From: a virus
Length of the DNA: 64,000 bases
Strand: one strand, 5' to 3'
Virus record (IMG/VR): IMGVR_UViG_3300036795_000241
Location: 11,684 to 75,683 of that record
The position numbers and the translations under genes were made by a program. Shown one piece after another: positions 1-9,216 of this stretch; the first letter of the stretch is position 1; every line of letters starts with the position of its first letter. The notes under the pieces were generated by a model. The model saw only the letters and a list, made by a program, of their open reading frames with translations. It was not told where the DNA came from and ran no database searches.

Positions 1-1
1 C

Positions 2-127
2 GCGGATCGCCTTCTTCAAGTACGAAGTGTTCGGCATCGGGAACGAGCCGTCCGGCAGCGCTTGCTTCTTCTTAGCTAGCTTCCGACGGCTCGCTTGCCG
101 CTCCGGGGCAGGAGTTGCAACGGCCAC
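2..127 (-). CDS. 5' end of a head-module gene (N-terminal ALPDGSFP domain, typical of actinophage prohead protease/scaffold-region proteins); runs off the window
   Basis: Manual translation from GTG at 127: MAVATPAPERQASRRKLAKKKQALPDGSFPMPNTSYLKKAIR; lies downstream of portal/MuF. Confidence 0.6.
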   Translation of the reverse strand, partial: MAVATPAPERQASRRKLAKKKQALPDGSFPMPNTSYLKKAIR

Positions 128-239
128 TTGGCAGTCCGTTCCGTAGAGGTGGATGCATCCACTATCTGTATGCCCACTACAGATGCATCTTAACCCGGAA
201 TTTCCGCCAATTTATCTAAGGTCCTACAAAAGTGTAAAG

Positions 240-1124
240 TTAGGCCAACAGCGACTGCGCCTGAGTCCTCAAGGCGGTAGCCTTAGTCAACAACGCGGCC
301 TTCTGAGTCGTCAACGACTGGTACTGCGCCAAATTACTCTGCAGCGAGGCATTCGTCGCAGTAGCGCTTGTCGCCTTTTTCGCGGACGCACTGGAGGAGG
401 AAGCCGATTTCGCCGCCTTGGTCGTACCGGTCTTCGCTGACTTTGTCGCCGTACCGGTCTTCGACCCAGTTGACGTTCCCGATTTCGCCGCTGACGCCGT
501 TTTCGCGGTATTCGAGGTCTGCAGCGTTAGCGTTTGCTGGGTGATCAGTGCGCGAAGCGCGTTGATCTGCACTCCGAGCGCATTCGCCTGATCGGTAAGC
601 TTGTTCGCGCGGTTCATCAACGATGCAGACTTAGCCTTCGCCTGCGGTGTCGGACCGGCGGGCTTTTGCTGCGGGTTCTTCGGATTCGTTGCGCCCGAAC
701 CCTGGTTCCCGGCCGACGTAAACTGACCGCCGGACGAATGGTACGGATTCGCCGCGAACTCCCGGAGCATTAGCCGGTCCACGACATTCGTATGCTCCTG
801 CGCACTTTGTGCGTGTGCGCGAGCTTCCTTGTCCTTCAGCGACGCCAACGCCTTCAATGCCGCCGCGCGTACTTCGGGATGCACGTTTCCACCGCCACGC
901 GCCCATCGGCGAATCGAGCCCCACGTAATTGCCGAAGCCTCCGCAACCGACTTACCGTTACGAATCAGCGCATTGCGAACGTTCTGGAAGTACGGCGGGA
1001 ACTGCATCCCCTTCACGTCCCACAGTCCCGGACCGCCAGGCTTCCCGATTGGCGCCGGCGTAACCGACAACGCTCCGGTCTTCGCGCTGAGCTCGACCAT
1101 CTGCTCGGCAATGGTACCGCTCAT
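240..1124 (-). CDS. Head-associated protein with basic Ala/Lys/Thr-rich low-complexity C-terminus
   Basis: 294 aa ORF with AAGGAG RBS; NPYH..GQFTS motif common in head-morphogenesis proteins; position in head module. Confidence 0.6.
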   Translation of the reverse strand: MSGTIAEQMVELSAKTGALSVTPAPIGKPGGPGLWDVKGMQFPPYFQNVRNALIRNGKSVAEASAITWGSIRRWARGGGNVHPEVRAAALKALASLKDKEARAHAQSAQEHTNVVDRLMLREFAANPYHSSGGQFTSAGNQGSGATNPKNPQQKPAGPTPQAKAKSASLMNRANKLTDQANALGVQINALRALITQQTLTLQTSNTAKTASAAKSGTSTGSKTGTATKSAKTGTTKAAKSASSSSASAKKATSATATNASLQSNLAQYQSLTTQKAALLTKATALRTQAQSLLA

Positions 1125-1132
1125 TCGTCTCC

Positions 1133-1930
1133 TTAGTATCCTTTCGGGCCCTGGTGCGCACTCTTGTAGACACTGATGAGCTCGGCGATGGTCAGCGAAC
1201 TACGGTATCCGTTACGTCGCGCCCACGCGCGAACTTCCTCTTCGTCCGGCTCCGACTGCGGCTTACGAATCTGTAGGTTTGCGCCTTCCGTCCGAACGGG
1301 AAAGAAGCGACCGCGATAGTCGATAACGACTTCCTTTTCGGTCGTTGACGCTACCTTCGCTTTAACCCATCCCGCATCGCTTAGGTAACTCTCAACCGTA
1401 TCGCCGACTTTATATCCCGCGGAATTCGGTTCGTCAGCTTGCTGCGAAGCTTCATCCGCGACTTCGGCATTGGCTTCGCGGATGATCGCTTCGTCCTGCT
1501 CCTGCGTTACCGTTCCGCTGGTAATCCCGAAAAGGCGTTCGGCAGCATTCTGGTACGCTGACTCCCACCGTTCCGGCGACACCTTACCCGCTGCGTCAGC
1601 GTCCGGAGTACGCGTCGCGGTACCTAGCTTACGGCTTTCCCGTACCGCGCGTTCGGCTTTTAGCCGTTCGGGATGCCCCTGCGGTAGTTTAGCTCGCGCG
1701 TCACTGCGCTGCTGCAGCAAATCGGCATGCGGTGTCGTACCCGGGATTCCGACGAACTTCCACCCGTGTTCGTATCCGTGCGGACCGACAAACTCCTGCA
1801 CGTCGTATTCGCCACGGTTCTGCAGGTCGGTACCCGCCGTGTAGATGTGCGGAACGCCGTCGATCATCTCAATAACGGTGTCACCGGGTTCGATGTCTTC
1901 TTCATCGGTATCGGTCGGGTCTGAGGTCAT
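1133..1930 (-). CDS. Head-module protein with SH3/Tudor-like segment and C-terminal Lsr2-like domain
   Basis: YKVGDTVE..GWVKAKV segment; C-terminal VRAWARRNGY...ELISVYKSAH resembles the Lsr2 DNA-binding domain. Confidence 0.55.
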   Translation of the reverse strand: MTSDPTDTDEEDIEPGDTVIEMIDGVPHIYTAGTDLQNRGEYDVQEFVGPHGYEHGWKFVGIPGTTPHADLLQQRSDARAKLPQGHPERLKAERAVRESRKLGTATRTPDADAAGKVSPERWESAYQNAAERLFGITSGTVTQEQDEAIIREANAEVADEASQQADEPNSAGYKVGDTVESYLSDAGWVKAKVASTTEKEVVIDYRGRFFPVRTEGANLQIRKPQSEPDEEEVRAWARRNGYRSSLTIAELISVYKSAHQGPKGY

Positions 1931-3366
1931 TGGCGGTACCCCATCTTCTTCTGAGCCTGGCGGAGATTATCGTTCGTGTACGAATACGATCCGATCTGCT
2001 CCATTGCCGCGACGTGCTTCGAGGCGAATTGCGGGAAGGCGTACACGGTAATCGTATTCGTTTCCTGGTCGACAACCTGCACGATTAGCAGTGGCGCAAC
2101 GCCGGCCTGTCGTACGGCCGTGTACTTCCGAGCCACCTCATCCGCTTTGATTGCCGTCTTCTGGTTCTTCGCTTTCGCACTGAGCGTCTTTAGTTCGCCA
2201 CCGTACTTATGGTCGAGATGAAAGTCGAGAGGCGTATTCCGGGCACCGAGTCCCGTCTCGCCTTCGGCATGCGAGATAGCGATGTACGGTCCGCCGAATT
2301 TCTTGGCGAGCAGGTGCGCTCCGTGTGCCCGAAATAGCTCTTCGTATGTGTCGCCGATCGAGCTCTTGCTCATCGCTTCGCCGGTATCCGGGTCCACGAA
2401 GTTCGACTTCGTCTGACCGCCGCGCTTCCGTTTGTCGTCAGCTCGAGTAACGTAATTCGACTGTGAGCCAGCTAGTGGCTGCCACCCGTGCCTATAGTGG
2501 TACGCCGTACCGGGGATGTGCTCGTGATCCGGTGTCGCAGCTAGCTCAACGACTCGCCTACGCTGTCGTAGCTGACCAACGATACTAGCTAGCGCATACT
2601 CACGCACCCCCCTCCGCTGATTGGATGCTGCCAGTATAGCCGATTCTTCCGGTCCCGGCAACATGGGCGCACCCGCATGCGGCGGACCGGGTTGGCACCG
2701 GCAGTGCACGTGAACGACACCGGGATATCCGATATCCGGAGGCGCACTGGCGAGGAAGTTCTTTCCGTTCGCCTCACGACATTCCGGTGTCGTTCGATCG
2801 TCGTCATGCGAATACCATCCGAGAACGGTACCGTGCGTACTCGCCAGTGCATCGATTCGGTTTCCGGCTTCGGTACGACCGTAATCTGCTGCCACGTGCT
2901 GATTGAAGTAGCGATCCTCCGCGGACCGAATCTCCGCTATCGCCTCCTCCCGTGTCGTACCGTTCCGTGCGGCCTCGGCAAGCGCTTCGGCGGATCGCTT
3001 TGTCGCCGCATAGATATATGCCGAGCGACGGATGGTGTTTGTCGCCAGCATGCTCTTCTGCGCCGGACCGATTCCGATGTATCGTGGTTGCGGGAAGCGC
3101 TCCGCTTCGCTAAGTGCCAGCTTTAGTGCCGCTCGTCCGATCTCGTTGTTCGCCAGGCCCATCTTCGGCAAGAAGCGCTGCAGCTCAGCGAAGATAAGCA
3201 ATGGCGAAGCCGCCACGGCCAATTCCGCGGCGATACTTCCGATTAGTACGGCTGCTTCCGTACCGATTGCCGCCGCTTGGGTTTGCCGCTCTCTCCGCTT
3301 TGCCGCCTTATTCTGCGCCGGTGTCGGACGTTGCGGCTGTACCGTACTAGCCACGCTGCAGGTCAC
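1927..3366 (-). CDS. MuF/gp7-like minor head protein with C-terminal PD-(D/E)XK-like extension
   Basis: W....DDRTTPEC...PG.VH.HCRC MuF motif; follows the portal; C-terminal GD..E...PLD...ELKT. True start may be GTG 3354. Confidence 0.75.
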   Translation of the reverse strand: MTCSVASTVQPQRPTPAQNKAAKRRERQTQAAAIGTEAAVLIGSIAAELAVAASPLLIFAELQRFLPKMGLANNEIGRAALKLALSEAERFPQPRYIGIGPAQKSMLATNTIRRSAYIYAATKRSAEALAEAARNGTTREEAIAEIRSAEDRYFNQHVAADYGRTEAGNRIDALASTHGTVLGWYSHDDDRTTPECREANGKNFLASAPPDIGYPGVVHVHCRCQPGPPHAGAPMLPGPEESAILAASNQRRGVREYALASIVGQLRQRRRVVELAATPDHEHIPGTAYHYRHGWQPLAGSQSNYVTRADDKRKRGGQTKSNFVDPDTGEAMSKSSIGDTYEELFRAHGAHLLAKKFGGPYIAISHAEGETGLGARNTPLDFHLDHKYGGELKTLSAKAKNQKTAIKADEVARKYTAVRQAGVAPLLIVQVVDQETNTITVYAFPQFASKHVAAMEQIGSYSYTNDNLRQAQKKMGYRQ

Positions 3367-4942
3367 CTCGCATTGAGCCCTCTAGCTGCGATCCGCCACC
3401 TAGCGCTTCCGGGGTCACGCCCATCGCATCATTTGCTCCCGGTGGCTGACCGTTAACCTGTCCGAGGACGGTAAACGTTGCATCCAGTGCGCCAGCTAGC
3501 TCAGCCGCCGCCTGTCCCTCCGGAGTTGCGCCGGACGGGGAATCGAGCAACGCCTTCTCCGCGCGCACTTTCGCGCCATTCGTGATCATCTGCGCGACCT
3601 GGCCCATCGGCAAGTCGAATTTGGTCGCCACCTTAGTCGCCAGCATGTCGACAAACTGGTCGGGAATGCGCAGTGCCGGTGCCTGCACCATCGCCGTAAA
3701 CGTCGCAATCAACTGCGCGGCATCCGTATCACTAATCGGTTCCGCGATCAACTTCGGAATCGCCTTCGACTTACCGCGATTCAGTACGACAATCGGTGCG
3801 GATACGTCATGCGTGAATGACGTGCAAATCTCATCGATAACGCCTTGCCGGGACTGCTGGAAGAACTGCGTCTGGCTCTCGGACAACGCGTAAGAACCAC
3901 GGCCGAGCGCTGCGGCACTCGGGAGGTTCAAGAAGCCGGCGAGAACGCTACCGGTCTGGTAGTTGTCGAGGAAATTGATCGCGGCCGTGAATTGCGCCGC
4001 ACCCGATCCGGCCGCTTCGATAACGTCGAATAGCTTTCCGCCCTGCGGCGGACGAACGAAGCCACCTACGGCGGAAGATCGCATGGCTGCCAATGCGGCT
4101 GCGGCATCGTCCGCCTGATCCTGGTCGGAGCCGTACACCGCCAATTTCGGCAACGACTGGTTCTCGAGGAACTGGAACCAGAGGAACAGCAGCTTCTGCT
4201 TCTGCTTATAGCACCAGTACGCAATGTCCATATCCGAGATACCGGTAAGTGGCGCACGGTGCTGCCCGTGGATATAGACGTACGATCGTATCTTCGGGAT
4301 ATCGAGATAGCCGGTGAAGTCCTTACCGTACGCCTTTTCGAAGTTCTGCTTACCTTGTCCCGGACTCGAATAGAACCACCAGGCTCGCTGACGAAACCCG
4401 TTCATTCGTGCCGTGTGCTCGTCGCGTCGTACTTCGCACGTACTCGGAGGACGCCATGCGAGATGCTGTAGTCGTACGGTTTCGTCATCGTCAAGCCCCC
4501 ACTGCTTTTCGAAGAAGGCTTTCTTGTAAACGGAACCGCCGGATAGCTGACCGAGAATCAGCTGCATTCCCGGATCGAGACCGCCGGATTCAGCTGGCGT
4601 ATACAGCTGCTCTTCGACCAAATCGAGCTCGCCGGTATCGCCTTTCTGTCCCTCCAGTGAGAACTTCGTTCCGCGTATCGGAAGCGTGAGCACTTGTTCG
4701 ACCTGGCGTGCGGTACCGTCCCGCGACAGCATAGTGTCGATATCGCGAGCGCGCCATTCCCCGATCTCGAAGACGTCACCGCCGCTAAACGCGGAGAATA
4801 GCCGCGTATACATATCGAACGCAGTACCGATCTCACCGCCGAGAAGCTGCTTCCGATCCTTCTTCGACAGTTCCGGGAGGCTAACGCCACCGTGCTGGTC
4901 CAGCCGCACTACGTTCGATCGGCTTACCATTCGCTTTCCCAA
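3347..4942 (-). CDS. Portal protein (DUF935/Mu gp29-like)
   Basis: About 530 aa directly after TerL; GSYALSESQ motif typical of DUF935 portals. Likely start ATG 4930. Confidence 0.85.
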   Translation of the reverse strand: MGKRMVSRSNVVRLDQHGGVSLPELSKKDRKQLLGGEIGTAFDMYTRLFSAFSGGDVFEIGEWRARDIDTMLSRDGTARQVEQVLTLPIRGTKFSLEGQKGDTGELDLVEEQLYTPAESGGLDPGMQLILGQLSGGSVYKKAFFEKQWGLDDDETVRLQHLAWRPPSTCEVRRDEHTARMNGFRQRAWWFYSSPGQGKQNFEKAYGKDFTGYLDIPKIRSYVYIHGQHRAPLTGISDMDIAYWCYKQKQKLLFLWFQFLENQSLPKLAVYGSDQDQADDAAAALAAMRSSAVGGFVRPPQGGKLFDVIEAAGSGAAQFTAAINFLDNYQTGSVLAGFLNLPSAAALGRGSYALSESQTQFFQQSRQGVIDEICTSFTHDVSAPIVVLNRGKSKAIPKLIAEPISDTDAAQLIATFTAMVQAPALRIPDQFVDMLATKVATKFDLPMGQVAQMITNGAKVRAEKALLDSPSGATPEGQAAAELAGALDATFTVLGQVNGQPPGANDAMGVTPEALGGGSQLEGSMRGDLQRG

Positions 4943-6732
4943 CCTCCACTATCGGCGTACTGATGTACGTTCGTCAGTGTCGATCCCCTTGCGCTCAACG
5001 CTAGCTGCTCCATTTGCGCACGGCGACGTTGCACTGGCGGAGGAGCCCCCTCCTGATACGGCGGGGTGTCGTCCCACTCGTCATTTCCGTCCATCGCATT
5101 CGCATATTCGTGCACCGTGGCTTTTGCGGTTAGCGAGGACTCGGGCCAGAACGACATCACCGCTGCGTCACCGCAGTCAGGTGACCGGCGCAACCGGGTT
5201 ACGACCTTTTCCTTCGGCTCGACGGCGATTTTCGCACCCGTCTTTACGCTCCAGGTCGGTACCGTGAGGTCCGTCTTGAGGTCCTCATCCGGCGGGAGCA
5301 TTAGGTCGTCCGGACCGTTTATCGGATCGAGCAATTCGCGGAGATTCCAGTACGCTGCAGAACGCTTATTCGCAAACGTAAACTCGGACGTGATATCGCG
5401 CATTCCCTCGGCACTGGACGCCCCGATGTACGCGCGCACCTTTAGCCGCAATCCCCGTAGCCGATTGACCACGCCAGCTCCGATACCGGCACCGTCCACG
5501 ATCGCAATCGAACCAGCGTTTTTCTGCAGCCGACCGGCAAGTCGCATCGAAGTGGTTTCGGTATCCTGCTGTGCGTCACGAATCATGTCGACAAGGCAAT
5601 GCCCGACTCGCTTAGTGAGTACGGTTTCGTCCTTGCCGGAGTCCGCAACGTCGCAGCTGTAGATCTGCCGTCCTTCGACCTTGGGTCGCCCTTGCGCGTC
5701 CCATTCCTCCCAGCGCTGCATCGCACGCTCGACCCACGAAAGCGGGATGACACCTTCCGACCCTTCTTCTGGCGACCTTCCCCGTACTTTGCTCCACCAC
5801 AAGGCAGGTTCGCGCCACCGGACCTTCCCGTCTTCATCGGTGAACCGGGTGACGCCCCATCGCTGCATTCGCTCAGCGACCCATTCTGGCGACAGCAGCA
5901 AATCTCGCCATTCCGCGCGGACGCTCTTCGGGATATCCGCAAGCGACTGATCCGCAAACGGAATACCGTTGTCGCGCATGTACCGGCCCAGCTCGGGATA
6001 CGGGGCTACTCCAGCGCGAGTGAAGTTCGGGGTGAATAGACCGTCAATCCGCACAACGTTCCAACCGGAACCGGGGCGGATGACACGAGCGAAATGGCTA
6101 TCTGCTGAGTCCGGGTTTCCGATGGCGAGAACTCGTGCATGACCACTGGAAGCGAGGGTATCGGCGGCAATCCAAAGCTGCTCATCGATACCGTCCGCTT
6201 CGTCAAGTACGATGAGAATGAATCGGGCGTGTATCCCCTGAAATGAGGCGATCTCAGTAGGTCGGCGGCCGAACGCAATTAGCTCATCTCCAATGCGCCA
6301 CTGGGGGTAGCCGCTTCGGGTGAGCCTTCCCCGCAAGCCGGCCAATGCGTGTACCCGGTGTAGCTCGCGCCATAGCACGGACTCGATCTGCGCGCTGGTC
6401 GGCGCCGTGGTAACTACGAACGCGGAGCCAACCGTATGCGAATCGATAAAATGCCCCGTCTTCAACGCCGAGAAGAACGACTTTCCGGCGGAGTGACAGG
6501 ACGGGACCGCGGTGTACCGGTTGCGAATGATCGAGTCGTTGATCATCTTCTGCGCGGGATTCAACCAGGCGCCGACACGATCTCGCGCCCACGTCTCGAA
6601 CGAGTCGGTCGATCGCGGCTTGAACATATCGGCAGCTAGCATTATCGGATCGACATCGCCACGAAACGCAGCGTTCTTAGCCGGGTCTAGCGGAATCTTC
6701 CGCCCGGCTACACTTACGTTCGCCTTCGGCAC
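4924..6732 (-). CDS. terL: Terminase large subunit
   Basis: Walker A-like SCHSAGKS, Walker B IVLDEA, IGNP coupling motif, nuclease acidic residues (CDVA..GKD, VDGAGIG, SPDCGDA). Confidence 0.93.
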   Translation of the reverse strand: MPKANVSVAGRKIPLDPAKNAAFRGDVDPIMLAADMFKPRSTDSFETWARDRVGAWLNPAQKMINDSIIRNRYTAVPSCHSAGKSFFSALKTGHFIDSHTVGSAFVVTTAPTSAQIESVLWRELHRVHALAGLRGRLTRSGYPQWRIGDELIAFGRRPTEIASFQGIHARFILIVLDEADGIDEQLWIAADTLASSGHARVLAIGNPDSADSHFARVIRPGSGWNVVRIDGLFTPNFTRAGVAPYPELGRYMRDNGIPFADQSLADIPKSVRAEWRDLLLSPEWVAERMQRWGVTRFTDEDGKVRWREPALWWSKVRGRSPEEGSEGVIPLSWVERAMQRWEEWDAQGRPKVEGRQIYSCDVADSGKDETVLTKRVGHCLVDMIRDAQQDTETTSMRLAGRLQKNAGSIAIVDGAGIGAGVVNRLRGLRLKVRAYIGASSAEGMRDITSEFTFANKRSAAYWNLRELLDPINGPDDLMLPPDEDLKTDLTVPTWSVKTGAKIAVEPKEKVVTRLRRSPDCGDAAVMSFWPESSLTAKATVHEYANAMDGNDEWDDTPPYQEGAPPPVQRRRAQMEQLALSARGSTLTNVHQYADSGGWESEW

Positions 6733-6844
6733 CGTTCTCCTCGCGAAAGGAATGCACTCCCTTCTGGTTATGCCCAGTGCGACGTACGCTCAATCCGTAA
6801 ATTGCGGATTTCTTTCCCTATGTCTTACATGCATGAAATGCGAC

Positions 6845-6873
6845 TTGACAGCTACCGAAAACTCTGCTACACT
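6845..6873 (+). promoter_or_regulatory. Primary-sigma promoter
   Basis: TTGACA-N17-TACACT with extended TG. Confidence 0.8.
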
Positions 6874-6897
6874 GGTGCTGTGAGAGGAGGTCATCGT

Positions 6898-7101
6898 ATG
6901 GATGACGTTAAGTACCCGAAGGTAACCGTCCGGCTGACCGGGACGGACGGTAGCGCGATGGCGGTCATCGGTAAGGTACGCGTTGCGCTGCGGAAGGCCA
7001 AGGTTCCGACGCGCGAGATCAACGAGTTCACGAAGGAAGCCACGGGCGGCAACTACGACAACGTGCTAACGACCGCGATGAAGTGGGTCAACGTCGAATG
7101 A
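6898..7101 (+). CDS. Small phage hypothetical protein
   Basis: Promoter 6845 and GAGGAGG RBS before ATG 6898; 67 aa. Confidence 0.7.
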   Translation: MDDVKYPKVTVRLTGTDGSAMAVIGKVRVALRKAKVPTREINEFTKEATGGNYDNVLTTAMKWVNVE

Positions 7102-7108
7102 GCGAGGT

Positions 7109-7606
7109 ATGGTACCGATGACCCGAGCACTACATGTCGGCGTAACGGCAACCCGAGACGGCATCACGAATGCGCAGATGCGTAAGCTACTGGCCCAGCT
7201 AGGAGATATCTGCGATTCGAACCGAGTCTCCGCTCGCTACTTCCATCACGGTGACTGCATTGGCGGTGACGTCCAGTCAGCTGGCGCCGCGCGCCTTCTC
7301 GGCTACCGAATCGCCGGTCATCCGCCGGACGATCCGACGTACCGAGCGTTCTTCGAGAACGACGTAACGTACCCCGAGCGCCCGTACCTCGCTCGCGACC
7401 TGGACATCGTTACTATCGCTGCCGTGATGTTCGGCTTGCCGCGCGGGGAAAGTGAACTGCAGCGTTCGGGAACGTGGGCAACGTTGCGGTACGCTCGCGC
7501 CAAGGCACGAGAGGTCGAGGCATTCCGCGGAACGGCGATCTACCCGGACGGGAAAACGAAGGACATCCGCGACCCGTCAGTCTTCAACCTCCAGCGGCAA
7601 AGTTGA
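7109..7606 (+). CDS. SLOG/DprA-like nucleotide-binding protein
   Basis: VGVTATR, HHGDCIGGD, YLARD and SGTWATLRYA motifs of SLOG-family phage proteins. Confidence 0.7.
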   Translation: MVPMTRALHVGVTATRDGITNAQMRKLLAQLGDICDSNRVSARYFHHGDCIGGDVQSAGAARLLGYRIAGHPPDDPTYRAFFENDVTYPERPYLARDLDIVTIAAVMFGLPRGESELQRSGTWATLRYARAKAREVEAFRGTAIYPDGKTKDIRDPSVFNLQRQS

Positions 7607-8164
7607 CCTCCGTTGCGTTTCCTGCATCGCAACCCCGGACGCTTGGGTCAGCCACTTCCACACGACCTCGCGCACCTTGTCGTCCTCGGGGTCGATATCG
7701 AGGTCGTAAAGCATTCCGCGAATCGCCTCACCGATGCGTTCGGCTTGGCGCTCGGCCAGGCGGATCCGCCGCTCTTCGATTCCCGCCGCCAGTGCAGTAC
7801 GACAGATCGTGGCGAGGTGTCGCCGTTCCGACTGGTACAGCTCGAGCCACATCGCCCCGGCCTGCGAGAAGTCGCCCATGTCGATCTCGGTGTCTTTGAT
7901 GTAGCCGGATTGCCGCTTCGTAAGCCACAACGAGCGCACGAAGGCTTCGGGATCGCTCTTCTGCAGATTCCCGCGCAGCCACTCGATATGTCCCGCCGTT
8001 CGTCGAATCTCCTGCAGCAGCACTTCCGCCGGATCGGTATCCTGCGTGGGTGTACCGTAAAGCAGTTGTGCCTCCGGTGCGCGCCTTCGCTTCGTACGTT
8101 TCACGGCCCGATCCGTACGATTACGACTAGTCGCTTTGTGCGCGCCACCGCCAAATTCCGTCAT
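7577..8164 (-). CDS. Probable terminase small subunit
   Basis: Helical protein (DP.EVLL.EI.RTAG.I.WL; WL.LY..ER; AGIEERRIRLAE) upstream of and co-oriented with terL; AAAGGA RBS before ATG 8164. Confidence 0.6.
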   Translation of the reverse strand: MTEFGGGAHKATSRNRTDRAVKRTKRRRAPEAQLLYGTPTQDTDPAEVLLQEIRRTAGHIEWLRGNLQKSDPEAFVRSLWLTKRQSGYIKDTEIDMGDFSQAGAMWLELYQSERRHLATICRTALAAGIEERRIRLAERQAERIGEAIRGMLYDLDIDPEDDKVREVVWKWLTQASGVAMQETQRRSTLPLEVED

Positions 8165-8217
8165 ACGATATCCTTTCCCGCTTTTCGATCCTTCCAAACC
8201 GCAGCTTTTCGACCGAC

Positions 8218-8246
8218 TTGACAGACAATTGCATCTCTGCTAGACT
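8218..8246 (+). promoter_or_regulatory. Primary-sigma promoter
   Basis: TTGACA-N17-TAGACT. Confidence 0.8.
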
Positions 8247-8247
8247 G

Positions 8248-9137
8248 ATGCCTGTACCGCGACCCACTGGACGGAGATACCCGATGCCTAGCCTCCCGTA
8301 CGACGGCCAATCCAGCCTCGTAATGGCTACCGATGAGGAGATCAGCCGCGCGCCACTTGAGCAGCTGTCCGCGATGAACCGAATGGACGAAACGCTCGGC
8401 ACGCCGCAATGGCACGATGCGATGCACGAGTTCATCGACTGGACGGTGGTCAAGTCGTTCGGTCGCCACGCGCTTCCGCACTCCGAGACGTGCCCGGAGG
8501 ACGCCACGTGATGCTGATTCTCGCAATTCCGGATCACGTCGCGCTTGGCGTGCTGGAGGCGATTCAGGAGCGTGGGATCATCGCGGTCCCGAGTGACGCG
8601 GGAAAGTTCCGCAAGGTGAAGGTCGACTTCGTATACGAGACGCCACGAGATGGGAGGCGCAATGACTCCGGCTGAGCGAGCGCTGGCTAGGCGACTTCGC
8701 GACCGGATCTATCGGCGCAAGAAGAAGGACCTCCGGCTCGCACTGGAGAACCAGCCGAATACGGTCTATCCGTCCGCGCATCCGGAGGGCGAGCTGATCT
8801 CGCTGAGCGGGATGATCGAAGAGCGCGTGATGGAGATGAACCAGGTCGAGTGCATCGACGACCTGAAGGGTCGCGGAAAGCCGCAGATGTATTCGACCAT
8901 CGTCAACTACAACTAGGAGCCGAAGTGGCCGTTCGAGCCGGCTCATATTCCGAAAGCGTCTGGCACGGAATCCTCCGGGACGACCGGTACCCGATTGCGG
9001 TCTGCTTTCACTCGCATAAGGAGCGAGTTCAGGCGCAAGAATGCGCGCGGGATGCGAAGGTGTACCTGAACGCAAACGATAACAAGCTACCAGAAGGCTG
9101 GGCGCCATACACCCCGAGCGCGGTACACCGCGCCTGA
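8248..9137 (+). CDS. Four short hypothetical genes (ending 8511, 8675, 8916, 9137)
   Basis: Abutting ORFs downstream of promoter 8218; exact starts uncertain. Confidence 0.5.
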
Positions 9138-9153
9138 GCTGGGGCTTTGCCGC

Positions 9154-9182
9154 TTGACAGCCGCGGCAGTTGCTGCTAGACT
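9154..9182 (+). promoter_or_regulatory. Primary-sigma promoter
   Basis: TTGACA-N17-TAGACT. Confidence 0.8.
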
Positions 9183-9216
9183 GGTTGCTGTAGGGCAAGA
9201 TGTGAGAGGAGATGCA

